A stretch of 63,954 bases of DNA, counting the filler, from Bigelowiella natans CCMP2755 (lineage: Eukaryota > Protista > Cercozoa), in the NCBI GenBank assembly GCA_000320545.1. It is 8 parts of 8 records of this genome, joined end to end, with 100 filler letters (N's around TTAATTAATTAA, not from the genome) between each part and the next. Parts side by side here need not be neighbours in the genome. Positions count along the whole stretch, not along the records: positions 9,610 to 27,194 come from ADNK01001487.1; positions 27,295 to 29,340 come from ADNK01002179.1; positions 29,441 to 38,311 come from ADNK01001898.1; 5 more parts are not named here. The stretch is one strand, 5' to 3'. Shown one piece after another: positions 23,539-36,245 of this stretch; position 1 is the first letter of the stretch, and each line of letters starts with the position of its first letter. The notes under the pieces were generated by a model, which was not told where the DNA came from, did not search any database, and was given only the letters and a program-made list of their open reading frames with translations. The position numbers and the translations under genes are program-made.

Positions 23539-24675
23539 ATGGCGGAAATTCTCATTGGGAACAAAACCAAATACCGCATGAAGCACAAGATAGGCAGCGG
23601 GTCCTTCGGGGATATATACCTGGGGGAGAATGTAAGAACAGAAGAGCCCGTGGCTATCAAACTTGAGAACAAGAACACGAAGTACCCCCAGCTGATGTAT
23701 GAATACAAGGTCTACAGGGCGCTTGAGTCAGGCACCGGCATTCCCAACGTTCACTGGTGCGGCTCCGCGGGAAAATGCAACGTGATGGTAATGGATCTCC
23801 TCGGCGAGAGTCTCGAGTCGCTATACACCAAGTGCGGCCGGAAATTCAGCTTGAAGACCGTGCTGATGCTTGCGATCCAGCTGATCGACCGAATCGAGCA
23901 CATCCACAAGTGTTTCTTCCTCCACCGCGACATCAAGCCCGACAACTTCCTCATGGGCCGTGGAAGCAACAAGAAGATCCTCTACGCCATAGACCTGGGG
24001 CTGAGCAAGCGCTACATGCACCCCACCACGCTGGAGCACATCCCGTACCGCGACAAGAAGAAATTCACCGGAACCCCGCGATACGCGAGCATCTGCACGC
24101 ACCAGGGAATCGAGCAGAGCAGGCGCGACGACCTCGAATCCCTCGGCTACATGCTGATGTACTTCAACCTGGGCAAGCTGCCGTGGCAAGGGCTCAAGGC
24201 GCGCACGAAGCAGGAGAAATACGACAAGATCGGCAACCGCAAGGAAACCATCCCAGTCGAGACTCTGTGCAAGGGCTTCCCCAAGGAGTTCGCCCTCTAC
24301 CTCAACTACTGCAAGGAATTGCGCTTCGCGCAGAAGCCGAACTACGTGTACCTCCGCTCCCTCTTCTCGCAGCTCTTCAAGAACTGCCACTTCCGCGACG
24401 ACTGGGTGTTCGACTGGATGGTGAGCAAGGGCGGCGCGGTGCCGGACCGGGAGGGGCTAGGCGTGGCTCGCCTTTCTGAGCCTCGCCAATTTAAGCAGCA
24501 GGAGATCCGAAAGGCCTGTCAGAAACTCGAGGCCGACACCGAGCAGCTGAAGAAGAAGTGCGCCGATCAGGACGAGAAGCTCTCTGCGATGAAGAAGCTC
24601 ATAGAGGGGCTGAAGAAGCACATTAGCATGTGCGCCTCCAAGCCTTACGTTTCGAAGACAAAGACTACGGAATAG
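23539..24675 (+). CDS. CK1: Casein kinase 1 family kinase, intronless, with C-terminal coiled-coil extension
   Basis: [95 protein letters not shown]. First ATG at 23539. Confidence 0.96.
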   Translation: MAEILIGNKTKYRMKHKIGSGSFGDIYLGENVRTEEPVAIKLENKNTKYPQLMYEYKVYRALESGTGIPNVHWCGSAGKCNVMVMDLLGESLESLYTKCGRKFSLKTVLMLAIQLIDRIEHIHKCFFLHRDIKPDNFLMGRGSNKKILYAIDLGLSKRYMHPTTLEHIPYRDKKKFTGTPRYASICTHQGIEQSRRDDLESLGYMLMYFNLGKLPWQGLKARTKQEKYDKIGNRKETIPVETLCKGFPKEFALYLNYCKELRFAQKPNYVYLRSLFSQLFKNCHFRDDWVFDWMVSKGGAVPDREGLGVARLSEPRQFKQQEIRKACQKLEADTEQLKKKCADQDEKLSAMKKLIEGLKKHISMCASKPYVSKTKTTE

Positions 24676-25112
24676 AGAGGGATTCTCTTGTTGCGGCTGC
24701 ATCGTCATCATAATAATAGTTTTTGCGGGAGGAGGAGGAGTAGTATAATAGTGATAGTGTAGTTTATCGGACCAAGGCTTCCATGAGAAATGGATTCCTA
24801 TTCGTTTTTTATTACACCACGCATTCGCCTCAAGCCCATAATAATAGGGGGGGCGAAGGGGGGGGGGGGGGGGGGGAGATTGCCGATATTTTGTTTCACG
24901 TTCGCAGCGGAAACGAAGAGAATAAGATGCTCCGTCGAAAAGGACGTTATGTTCGGATTCGAGCCATCTAGAAACCATTAACTCTTGTATTCGATTCGTT
25001 CTTGCTGAGATCTCGCCGCCCAAAGATTTACTTTTTCAGATATTCATAGTATGTACTCTCTAAACACGCGCACATGTGAATATAAATAAAGTAGGAATAT
25101 GTATGGGGGGGC

Positions 25113-25148
<36 letters not shown>

Positions 25149-25159
25149 GGTGACAAATG

Positions 25160-26050
25160 TGCATATATAATGATCGCACATGCATCGCCATTCGTCATTA
25201 TATAAGCGCTGCTGTGCGTCTGCTGCCGGTGATACCTAGATCTAGAGATATAGTAGCCGATGATAGAAGTTACAGTATTATCAGTAATACACTATATTGT
25301 GATAGTATACCGATAGATACGTGTAGGACCGTATCTGGAATAAGCTAGTAAGTAGCAGAGCACGCACGCTAGTCTAGTAGTACGCGGTGTTTAACATGTT
25401 GATGACATTACAAGCTAACAGCAAGATGCACCATGCTAACATCTAGGTGTGCATGCATGTCGTACACATGTGTGCATGCGCGACGACAACTACATGCTAG
25501 CATGCCAGCCTAATAAACAAATAAAATAACGTATAAATAGCCACATGCTCCTACATATATGGCTGGCAAACGTGGACATTTAGGCATGTGCCATGTGGCG
25601 TGTAGAAGTCTAGAAGTGCGCAGGATGACTGGGCATTTCAAGCATGCTAGCATGCCATGCATGCTTGTTGTTCGCGATGATGAAGATGGTTGGCGGCACT
25701 GCTGAACTACACGAAAAGGACTACAAGCTCAGCATGCCAACTGCTGATGATGACATCAACATGCCTAGCAGAAACGGATGCTGCAAGGTTAGCTAGTTAG
25801 CGCGAAAACACATTGACAGCAGCAGGCACAATTAGAGTAGCAGACTTCAAAAGTTTGCCGGTCCAGCCAGATATATATGATCTAGCGCGTGTCATCACCA
25901 GCTTCAATTCCTTCGCATTTATTCGCTGTGATGAGCGCAACAACGCGACTTGCTCCGCATGCGCCATGAATGCGGCATATTGCTGTGTCACAATGCTCTA
26001 GTACTAGCTGTCAGCCTTTAGCGCAAATAAACCAGGACCGACCACTAGCC
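25160..26050. other. CTAG/CATG/TA-enriched island between convergent CK1 and glutathione reductase genes
   Basis: acctagatctagag, cgctagtctagtag, catgctagcatgcc (twice), ctctagtactagctg. Confidence 0.8.
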
Positions 26051-26064
26051 GACTGCTACTGTAA

Positions 26065-26705
26065 TCATTCGACTTTGCCCTTTTCATAAGCCATCGTCCG
26101 CATCGTGACGAATTCCTCGGCTAAAGAACACACACGCAAGGGGCATTTTGAACGGTCAGCCACCAAACTCACCTCCATATCCGCAACAACACATATAATG
26201 GCAGGATCGACGCGCGCTGGGGTTGTCTCGGATTGGATGCAAAAACACAGCGCATCGCCGCGCGTGAGGACAAAAATAAAAAGAGACGGCTATTCCGCTG
26301 GCACGATCGTGGGATTCATCGATCTCTCGGCCTGGAAAGCCGCTCGCGAAAAGACTCATGGGGTGAAGCTTTATGGGCTGTGCCAAATAGCATCGACCCG
26401 GTCGGTGCGCAAACTATACTCCCAGCGCAAATCCTCTTATTTGAATCACGTAGTTAGTTACCCGATGTAGGATGAATTCCGATAACAGAATCGAGCTGCT
26501 TCTTGGTGATACTGCACTTGATTGCTGCGGCAAATCCTGAAAGAGAGAGGACGTGTGAGTCAAATCAAATCTATTCAAAGCCCTCCCCCCCTCTCCCTCC
26601 CCCTCAACCCTTCCAACTTACGCATAACAGGAGAAGAACCTGACGCTAATTCGTACGTGCTTTTCAGTCGAGTTTGCTGTTTCTCGTCTCAATACACCGC
26701 ATGCA

Positions 26706-26752
<47 letters not shown>

Positions 26753-26949
26753 ATTTTCACAGCCAAAAACGCGCCGTCGCACCTTGCATCATCTCGCCAG
26801 CATGAGCGCCTACCATGTGCATCCCCACAACTCTGCATCGATAGCAGTGTGGAAGAAAGAGAGGAGGAGGAGGAGGAGGAAGAAGAAGAAGAGTGAGTAG
26901 CAATCAACGAAGCCTAGCCGCCACATCGTTACGGAGCAGGCGAGTGACC

Positions 26950-27041
<92 letters not shown>

Positions 27042-27150
27042 AATACACACACAACGCTTCTCATATGTTGTTTTGGTGCAGTGGAGCGTACCTATCTGAT
27101 TTCGCATCGACTATGATTTTCGTGATCGATCTCTCCGTAGACTGCGACAT
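26065..27150 (-). CDS. GR: Glutathione reductase, C-terminal dimerisation domain (5' truncated; exons 27092-27150, 26783-26832, 26462-26536, 26065-26120)
   Basis: Spliced in frame: [93 protein letters not shown] is the GR catalytic His-Glu motif. Confidence 0.92.
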
Positions 27151-27194
27151 CTAATGGTGTGGTAAGATGGGAGGGGGGGGGAGGGGGGGGGGGG

Positions 27195-27294
27195 NNNNNN
27201 NNNNNNNNNNNNNNNNNNNNNNNNNNNNNNNNNNNNNNTTAATTAATTAANNNNNNNNNNNNNNNNNNNNNNNNNNNNNNNNNNNNNNNNNNNN
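27195..27294. other. Artificial contig spacer
   Basis: N44-TTAATTAATTAA-N44. Confidence 0.98.
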
Positions 27295-27496
27295 TCGATA
27301 GCGAAGCAGCGGCTCCGTGCAGCCCCTCATCACGCCAACATGCCAAGACTCCACGCGCTACATTGCTGGTGGTCACATTCAACGCCGCGGGGCTGATTCT
27401 AGCTGTGCTCATGACGCTCTCGAGAATCTTCAAAATGGATCAGAATGCGAGGGGGTAGGGGGCTGCTGCTGCTGCTGCTGCTGCTGCAGTTTATAA

Positions 27497-27537
<41 letters not shown>

Positions 27538-28787
27538 AATGTATTTGTATAGTTATTTCTTTGTTCTTTTCTATATTGCTCTCGCCCTTTTAATGGCGGC
27601 GGTCCGGCCCAGCCATTGCCCTGGTGTTTGCTATTCATATGCATGCATATTTCTCAACCGGTGTTATAGAGTTAATTCGTCGGTGTGGGTTTTCGATAAT
27701 TATTCCACCCCCCACCCCCCCCCCTCCCCTCCCCTCTCCCTTTTCCTGGTATCTTCTTCTCAGGTTCGCGCAAGTGGTATTCATCCTCGACTTGGCTTTT
27801 CATTTGAGTGCCGGGCTGTTCTTCTTCGCCGTGTTTTGCACGCACCGCGATCTGGTAAGATCGCGAGTGGTGGGGAAAGGGGAGGGAGGGGGGGGCGGGG
27901 CGGGGGGGGCGGGGGCATGCGTTCCCCAACTGTTGTTTTGGTACACACATGATAACATATACATATATATACATGTAATATACATACACATCTATTGGAT
28001 TTAACACACGCATACAGGTATACGAACATGTACATAAACACAAACACGCGGCGCGACATCCACAGATTTCATCATCGTCGTCGTCATCGTCATCGTCATC
28101 ATCTCTCCTCCTCCTCCTCCTCCTCCTCCTCCTCCTCCTCCTTAGATGTGGGGCGTGGCGAGAATCTACAGGAAGATTGCACGTCACCTACCATGTGAGT
28201 TTGAGAGCGTTATGGCACTTAGCACTGTTCCCCTCTCCCGCTTCCTCCTCCCTCCTCCCCCCCTCTCCCTATTTTCCCTCTTCGTTCACGCGCCCATGCT
28301 CTGTGGTCGTCTGACCGAGAGGCTCTGTCGCGGTTCATGATTGATTGATGAAAAGTTATGGCGACGATGATGATGATGACAAGTAGCGGTGGTGATACGG
28401 GTGATACGATGATACGATGATAAGATGACGATGACGATTATTGCGCTAACGATTACAAAGGCATCGAGAGATTGCGCACTTGGCTCGTGGGTGAGATCTA
28501 CCTTCCTGAGGACGTTGATGACCTTCGCGACCCTAGCACCCCCATGTACTATTGAAGCCGACCTTGCATCTTCTCGAGCACCCCGCCCCCCCCCTCTCCC
28601 CCCCTTTTCCAGAGTGGTTATTTAGAACGATTGCGTGCACTTGTCAGTAGACCTTCGTCTGGTATGTGGGGTTGAACTGGTGATAGCAGCACTGACATAG
28701 CAGTTTGCAAAACAGGTACCGGGAACCCTCGTTGAAGCAAATACATTCTGTGAATGACGTGTCTTCTTCGCACCCACCTCCACGGTA
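27295..28787 (+). CDS. 3' part of a multi-pass membrane protein, GPCR-like (GPR155/LYCHOS-like)
   Basis: Spliced: PRATLLVVTFNAAGLILAVLMTLSRIFKMDQNARG|FAQVVFILDLAFHLSAGLFFFAVFCTHRDL|MWGVARIYRKIARHLP|...|YREPSLKQIHSVNDVSSSHPPPR*. Two TM helices with a TM7-like G-F-x-F-x-x-F pattern. Confidence 0.5.
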
Positions 28788-28796
28788 GTACTTATG

Positions 28797-28843
<47 letters not shown>

Positions 28844-29340
28844 GCTCTTTCTCTCTCTCTCTTTCTCTCGCTCTTTCTTTCAAAATGACGTGTGCGCGTG
28901 TGTTGGTGTGCGCGTGTGTGCGTGCGAGTATTCTTCCTATTCCCCTATATCTACATATGCTCTCTATCTTGCCTTCTACACCCCATGCCTGCAAAGTACT
29001 ATTATTAGTAGTACACTGTGTGTGTGTGTGTGTATGTGTATGTCATTCAACCACATCACTCTACATAGCGAATTGAACATTATTATGGAACACTGAAAAG
29101 TGGGGATGCGAATGATGATTTGTATTGTCTCTATTGTCGTGTGTGTTGTTGGTATGTTTCGATAGATATTTTCGGTTCTATCGATAATGCGCCGATGTTA
29201 TCCGGTGTGGGATTTTGATGGTGGAACTATTGGACTAGCATATGTGGGGACAATGTAGCAATGGGAGACTGTCTGTTAGCATTAATCAACTCACCGGGAT
29301 ATATATATATATATATATATGTATATGTATATATATATAC

Positions 29341-29440
29341 NNNNNNNNNNNNNNNNNNNNNNNNNNNNNNNNNNNNNNNNNNNNTTAATTAATTAANNNN
29401 NNNNNNNNNNNNNNNNNNNNNNNNNNNNNNNNNNNNNNNN
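29341..29440. other. Artificial contig spacer
   Basis: N44-TTAATTAATTAA-N44. Confidence 0.98.
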
Positions 29441-29950
29441 CGCATCACAGAATACACCATGTATGTATACGCAAGGGTATCGCAGTGACTACAATGCGAG
29501 CAAGCGTATTGCAAATTCATGCATCGTATAAATGGCACATGGCATTCTAGCACTTACACACATGCCATCGATCCCGCAGCGCATAGATGATGATGTATGT
29601 CTAACTAGCTAGATGTACTTTCTATCGAGCTATGGTGTGTAATAGCCTACCTAGGTACCTAGTGATCTAATAAGTGACATGTAGTCCGAGTCAACATTTT
29701 CTTGGCTGCTCTACGTCAAGGTTACACACGGCGCGCTTGCGGGCATTGCTAGATTGCATTGTTGTTTGATGTAAGAGCCCTCGATAATAGACACAGCAAT
29801 ATAGTATATATAATATATATATAATATATATTGCATGTGTATCATCCCGTACACTATAGTACAGCATACAGGCTAGCAGGGCTCTTACTGCATGATAAGT
29901 GCAGGCATCAGTGATCAATGCTAGTATGAGCAAGAAACTGCAACAGCATC
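29441..29950. other. CTAG/TA-enriched island downstream of the PH-domain gene
   Basis: aactagctagatg, cctacctaggtacctagtg, ggctagcagg, tgctagtat. Confidence 0.65.
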
Positions 29951-29957
29951 CGACGGA

Positions 29958-30710
29958 TTATCTCGCTTCATCATGAGAATAATGATCAATGCAAAGCGGG
30001 CTGGTTTTGTTGTGGAGGCATCTTGGGGGGGGAAGGGGTGAAGGGGGGGCATTGAATGATTTCGCAATATCATTATCGTGAATACGATGATGGGGTATAG
30101 TCGAAAGTATAGCGACCTGAAAATCCGGCTTTGTTTCGTGGGATACTGACACTGAATACTCCACTTGTTCTAGGACATTCCCACGGCCTCTGCTGCATTA
30201 AATTGAATGAATGCTCTCTGTATACACTTCAACATAGCGCACTCGATCTACTCTCATGTTACAAATAATACTTCTTGGCGCTCTTGCCATCGCTCTTTCG
30301 GGTGAGATTCTGACGTCCTTCCTACTCGGCGAAGGAAAGGGTTAAGCAGTTGCCAAGTCTTAAAATCACTATTTGGCCGATATAGGGAACAATAGCGTGA
30401 TGAATCGTCGAGCTATGCAGCTCGAAATCTCTGTGTTTTTGTGCTGTTGATGAGTGATCATGAAGACTTTCCATCGTGTTCGGAATAGAGATCATATTTG
30501 TGATGCGAAATCAAGCGGCGATTCACCTTGAGACGGTCAGGTCCGAAGAGGCTTTCCATTTTGCCTTTCGATAGCGATGCGAATTCCTTTTTGAAAAGCA
30601 GGCGATGATCAGTGATTCTCTCTGAGTCGATCTCGGCAGCGCGCGCCCAAGCTCGAATTCAAGCATGCAGACATCCAGTTGAACAAGTATAAATAAATGA
30701 ATATACACAT

Positions 30711-30749
<39 letters not shown>

Positions 30750-30881
30750 ATGGAGTGGTGTAGGTAAGCTATATAATGCATTTTTAAATTATGTGCAAAA
30801 ATACTTGAGCCTCTTCACAGGCAGCCTTCAGTGCGTAGAGCCATTCATTGCAGAGCTAAGCAGAAATGCATGGGTTAACAT

Positions 30882-30918
<37 letters not shown>

Positions 30919-31891
30919 ATACACACATACACACATACACACATATAACCGCCCAAAACTAGGTATGTCCTCTATAGATATCAGAGGGCGTTAAAGCTGA
31001 AATAACATGAGATACAAACCTTCTGAGAGTCGCAGTATAAATAGTTGAAGATCGGCTTTGCTTGCGAAATCCTGATTGAGCTCGCTTTCCCTGGATCAAA
31101 AAATTCCAACGGGTCAACTTCGTTCAGAAGGAATTGAATTCCCCAAGTACAATCATCAGATAGAAACTCCGTAGATAACAACCTGTCTTTTCTTCCGCCA
31201 GGTGCACCGTTGCTCCCCTCAGTGGGATGTGCCCCTATATCAAAGAATTCGTGAGCTTGCGTGCGAGCGTTTCTGAGAGGTTGTCTAGTTGAAATGTATG
31301 CTCTGATATGCCTCCCTCCTGTACTATACTCGATATTTTTCAAGGTGAAAATAGCAGCAAGGCCTCAGCTTGCAAACTAGCCCTTTCTTCTCTAGCAGAA
31401 AGTGTTCTCAGAAACCGCGAATACCGCAGTGTGCATGAGCTTTTTGTTTGATTTTGCTTATCTGATGACGGTTTTCGAGAAATTCTCTGCATATTCTAAG
31501 TATCCGAAGATTTGACTGACGGACGAACACAGAAAACAAAGCAAAAGGTGCGTACCACAGGCAATGCATCCGAGTGGTTCTTGTAGTAGTACAAGACCTG
31601 GATGCATGTATTTATATCTTTCACATTTTCACACAGAGATTATGCTGAATAGCTACTAAACATCGCATCACAGATGGACCTGAGCCTTCAGGACGAAGTA
31701 ACGTTTTTTCCACAGACCTCGCACGACATCCTTCCCTGAGAAAGAAAGGGAGGCGCAGCGTCATTCTCGGTCAGCAAACACTACCTGGGAATAAACAACC
31801 CACCTTTGGCAGCCGCAGCTTTGTACATCATTCCTGATTTCGTAACACCGCCGCTTTTGGAATTGACGGCCGACATAATGTCACTATCCAT
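29958..31891 (-). CDS. PH-domain protein, multi-exon (3' end approximate)
   Basis: Spliced: VTKSGMMYKAAAAKGGLFIP|GLWKKRYFVLKAQ|VLYYYKNHSDALPV...NYLYCDSQK|LCNEWLYALKAACEEAQ. Shows canonical PH beta1-beta3 and the C-terminal Trp helix. Confidence 0.8.
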
Positions 31892-32649
31892 CTTGGTATC
31901 TTTGCTCAGATCCGAGCGCAGAGCACCGCACAACGGCGCCTATCGTTGATGGAGAGCTATAACAGGACCTGTGATTCGTCCCCAGAGCTGGGTGGCCGTC
32001 TAGCAGTTACCCCTCTGTCCGATTCCTCTTTGCTGGGGCTGGTTGAACAGGGGGGGCGGCCGGATATGTGTCAAATTCCCAACGCTGACTTGGGGGGGAT
32101 GGGGTTGGGGTTCAGAGCAGATCTAACTTCAGGCTCACTTTCAGTTGGGAAAAAATAGTAATAAATCCGGCTGTCATTCCTTGTCGCTCATCCCATTCCG
32201 TCGGCATTTCTTCTCATTTCCAGGTGCGGAAACGGCCGCCGTCGTACTCGCAGAACCGTATTGCATTCCTTCCGTTTCTGTACAGCGACAAGGTCGAAAG
32301 GCTGTCGCACAACGAAAAAGGATGTCAGTGCTTCTCGATCAACTTCCGTCGTTCATAGGCTTCCCCCACCACGGTGCTCTCTCACGACGAATACTACTAC
32401 TACTACTACCACTGCTACCAATCTCTTTATATTCGCATCGGAGGAATGTGTTGATATATCTCTCAATGTGCGTTAGAGCGATCCTACAACGAGTTCTTGG
32501 GAGGCATGACATGATCAATTCTCACAAACGCACAAAACATCATCTTACGACTGCTGCGCTGTTTCTCCCAGCAACGGCGTTCATTTGTGTCCCTCTTTGA
32601 TATGTCCTCACTCTGTCCTATCAGCGCTCCCCTTCAGTCCCTTGATATC

Positions 32650-33182
32650 ATGGAGAGCTCCCAGGGAGAGGCGAAGAGTATACAAACTGTGGTTTCGAGG
32701 CGTATATGCGAACACTGATCGGCTATACCTGTTTCTGAATACCTATTCGTTTGACAGAGAATGATGCAGAGTCGATGCGGAAGTCGGCTCACGCCAAGGC
32801 AGTGGCCGCCATGGCCACCAAACTCTCAGACAAGAAGATCCTAGAGGATGCAAATATCCTGAAGTATCTTGATGGGTTTAAGCAAGCCAATATATCATGC
32901 CGCGATCTGATAGAGCTGCCGGAGACTGGCACTGCCTTCAAAGGGAAGCTTGGGGAGCTTGTGAAAAATGCGGGACTTGAGAAAAGGGGTCACTTGGCAA
33001 GATTACACAGGACATTGCGGAATTTCCGTGATCTTATTAGCAAGGCAGCTGCCGATCTCTTGGAAGAGCAATTGAAGACTTGGTGTTCCATAAAGTCAAT
33101 TATTGTCATTGAAGTACTAACGACTAATCATATCCTACATGCTTAGGAATGCCGAATTGTAAAGGAACATATGAAACCCACA

Positions 33183-33228
<46 letters not shown>

Positions 33229-33587
33229 TCGCATAAAATACAAATAATTTGTGTGTTTGTATGTATTGATGACGTTTCTTTCGCGATAACTACTGCGGCG
33301 TTGGATCACTACGCAGGGAGCCGGTGCGAAAGTGGTGAATGGAGAGTATCATCGTAGCAGCGAAGATTACAGCGGTCGTCCGATGTGGAAAAAGGTGAGG
33401 ATATCACACACACGCGCGCCCTCGCCCATAAGCATACACAAGCACATCCATGCCCCAAGGTTGACGACGAGAAGCTATGCATCTGGTATCGTACTGAGAA
33501 TGGAGGCCACTGGCGCCTCGGAAGGACGAACGACTATTATTACCTGGGTGATACTAATCGAGAAAATGATCAGCTTGAAATTATATA

Positions 33588-33625
<38 letters not shown>

Positions 33626-33699
33626 TTAATATACATATATAAGATGTATTGTTTTGTTCAAACATGTATTTGTGAGTGTGTTTGTGTGTGTTTGTGTGT

Positions 33700-33745
<46 letters not shown>

Positions 33746-34808
33746 GCGTATGTGCACGCATGCATATTATGTTGCCTCAACGTATACAACAACGCCGTCG
33801 CGCTGTTTATTTAGTCGATTCCTTGTCTTTTCCTTTTACTAGCCCAAGCCCCTTCCAATTCATTATTGCCACCAATGCTCGGCTGGGTAAACGCAAAGGA
33901 CGTCTACAACGGACAGTACCGCAGATTGGCCAACCGTGATGCAATCGGTGATAGTAGTGATAATAGACGTGTGGGATGGTGGTTATTACTCAGGGATGCG
34001 AGGCAACGTGTCATTTTGATTTCGCCGCAAAATTGTTTCCATTGAAAGAGAGCAGTGCTAGCCGGCCATCTGCTCCCATGCTAATCCCCCGCCATCTTTG
34101 CTGCCGGGTGTTCAGACCCTGTACCACAGATGTGGGCGCGGGAGGGGAAGAAGACAGGATCTCTCATCGTGTCAGGAGCGGGGGCTGCAGAGATAAATGG
34201 CGAGTATATACAAACGGGCAAGTACCATGAGAGAAATCAGTACACCCAAGTCAAGGTCGGTTTTACACCATCTTCTGCCCCCCCCCTTCCCTCGGCGCTA
34301 TTCCGATCTCACCCACCCGCCCACCCTCTGCGCTTGTATGGGGTGAGGTACATGCTATGATGCCTAGCAGGGTTATTGAATAGAGGCCGATTTCATCGTC
34401 CAAAAAGGAGCTATTATACACGGATGATGTTCCATATTCTGTATTTGATTCTATCAGGATCCGTCGTTTTACCTGTGGTATAGAAGGGAGGAAGGAGGAC
34501 ATTGGAGGCTTGGTTGTTACACTCCCCCCCCCCACACTCCCCGCTCCGCCTCTCCCTTTCACCCCTCCGAGCCACTCCGAGGGAGATGAATGTATCTTGG
34601 ACATTGCGCCCCCAATGTGTGAGGCTTGTGAATACCTGCTCTGCTGCTAGGCAAGTCGAACAACTACTGGTACATCAATCGCTCCGGCACTAAGGACCCG
34701 CCCTCATCTGGATGGGAGCTGGCCAAATCCGTGTTCGGTGGGAGGTACAGAGCGCATAACAACAACGCTACGAATCCTGCTCCGACTATAGCGTTAAATC
34801 CAAGCTAG
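32650..34808 (+). CDS. Multi-exon protein: SAM-like domain plus two tandem Gly/Trp/Pro-rich beta domains
   Basis: SAM-like LKYLDGFKQANISCRDLIEL...AGLEKRGHLARLHRTL. Repeat 1: GAGAKVVNGEY...LCIWYRTENGGHWRLGRTNDYYYL...PPMLGW. Repeat 2: GAGAAEINGEY...VYLWYRREEGGHWRLGKSNNYWYI...PPSSGW...NPAPTI. Stop at 34808. Confidence 0.7.
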
Positions 34809-34999
34809 CCTTTTCATGTGAGAACATAGGCTCAAAAGTTCTTCCTGCTAGTCGTATCGTGCCATACACTCGTGGGCTCCTTTAGCTCTGATCATTTTGA
34901 CGACGTCCTTTCACGTTTTGTTGGGGAACTTCTGCGTGATACAAATATAGACGTTGTTGTTGCTGACGATTACATCGTATATGTGTCACATGTGCTGCC

Positions 35000-36150
35000 T
35001 CACCCTGCATTATGCCACGCACAAATTGCATCTAGCTTACGTACTATGCATTCGTTCACGTGCGTGGTGCATGTAATTTTCATCGCGTTGTGTGTTACGT
35101 CGCATATACATAGAACTCCTTATTTAATCTGGCTTATATGCACATGGTAATCGCAACTCGCGCGAACCAACAACAAGCTGCGCTACACTACCGATGGCTA
35201 TGTAGCATATCTATCATCAATTTGGAAGACAGAGTGTGCAAATGTGCAGCAGTAGCTCGTAAAGCTAGAAGGGCAAACCACATGCCAGCATGCGCATCGT
35301 CTGTAGTCGTGATAATCGTGTGCGCTTATTACATGCTAGCGTTGGCTCATACGAAAGCGCTGACACATTTGCAAATATGCTGCATTCGATTGATCACTGT
35401 CACACATGCTAGCATGCGTTGTCGTGTAGTACATGCTAGCATGTACTACAGCGCTAGATAGAACGCGCTTTGTTATCTACTGCTAGCATGAGCCACGGTG
35501 CATCAATGCGCACTGCTTGCATCATGGTTAGAGCAAGCGGCGCGCATTGCACGTGCTAGCATGCGCTGCTAGTGACATGCAAAACACGTGCAATCATGTC
35601 ACTTGCTTAATGACTATTTCTCTCGGCTACGGCTGATGTGGTGTTTGTTAGGCACATGCATGGCACTGCAAAAAGCAAAGTCATTGACCTCAAGCATGGC
35701 AAGTGCACAAGTTTGTGAAAGTAAACTACAGCGTGCATGCAGTTGCGCCACTTTCTAGCTTGTTGCATGCTAGCATGATGTCGCAACAATAAGCAAGTAA
35801 AAAGTTCAATCATCAACTGCCGTAGCGCTTGCAAGTAGCTCTTTGTCTGCTCAAACACTGCTAGATTGTAGCAAAACAAAGAATGGAAATTAATGATGAT
35901 GCTACGTCTGCACCACCAATCTAGCAATGGACATGCAACATGGTCGATTCATTTTGCTAGTGTCTAGTCACAGCGCTTAACAATAATGTGCGTGGTCAAG
36001 CTGTTTTGTGCGGAATGAAGTGCATGTCTGTGGTGTCGATCTAAATGCCGTGCGCTCTTTGTTTTCTTAGCGTTGATGATACATGATATGTACGTACATG
36101 TAATAGATGCAGCGCATCTTGCATTGATGCATTGCAATAGCAGCAGTGAA
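35000..36150. other. CTAG/CATG/TGCA island between convergent genes
   Basis: Many catgctagcatg copies, gctgctagt, ttctagct, tgctagtgtctagt. Confidence 0.8.
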
Positions 36151-36245
36151 GCAGGCTGCTGTGCTCACTACTTTGCATCGAGGTGTAATAAGCTGCATTC
36201 AACAAGACTCATTTACAAACATAAATACTGGAAGAGGTAGATCTA

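Noticed and set aside
23751-24479. Overlapping 240-aa (+) and 189-aa (-) ORFs within CK1
   Set aside because: Shadow ORFs caused by strong GC3 codon bias; no recognisable motifs.
12300-24700. Endogenous giant virus or virophage, or bacterial contamination, as the source of the intron-poor genes
   Set aside because: No capsid, packaging ATPase, polB, integrase or terminal repeats seen; several genes carry spliceosomal introns and signal peptides.
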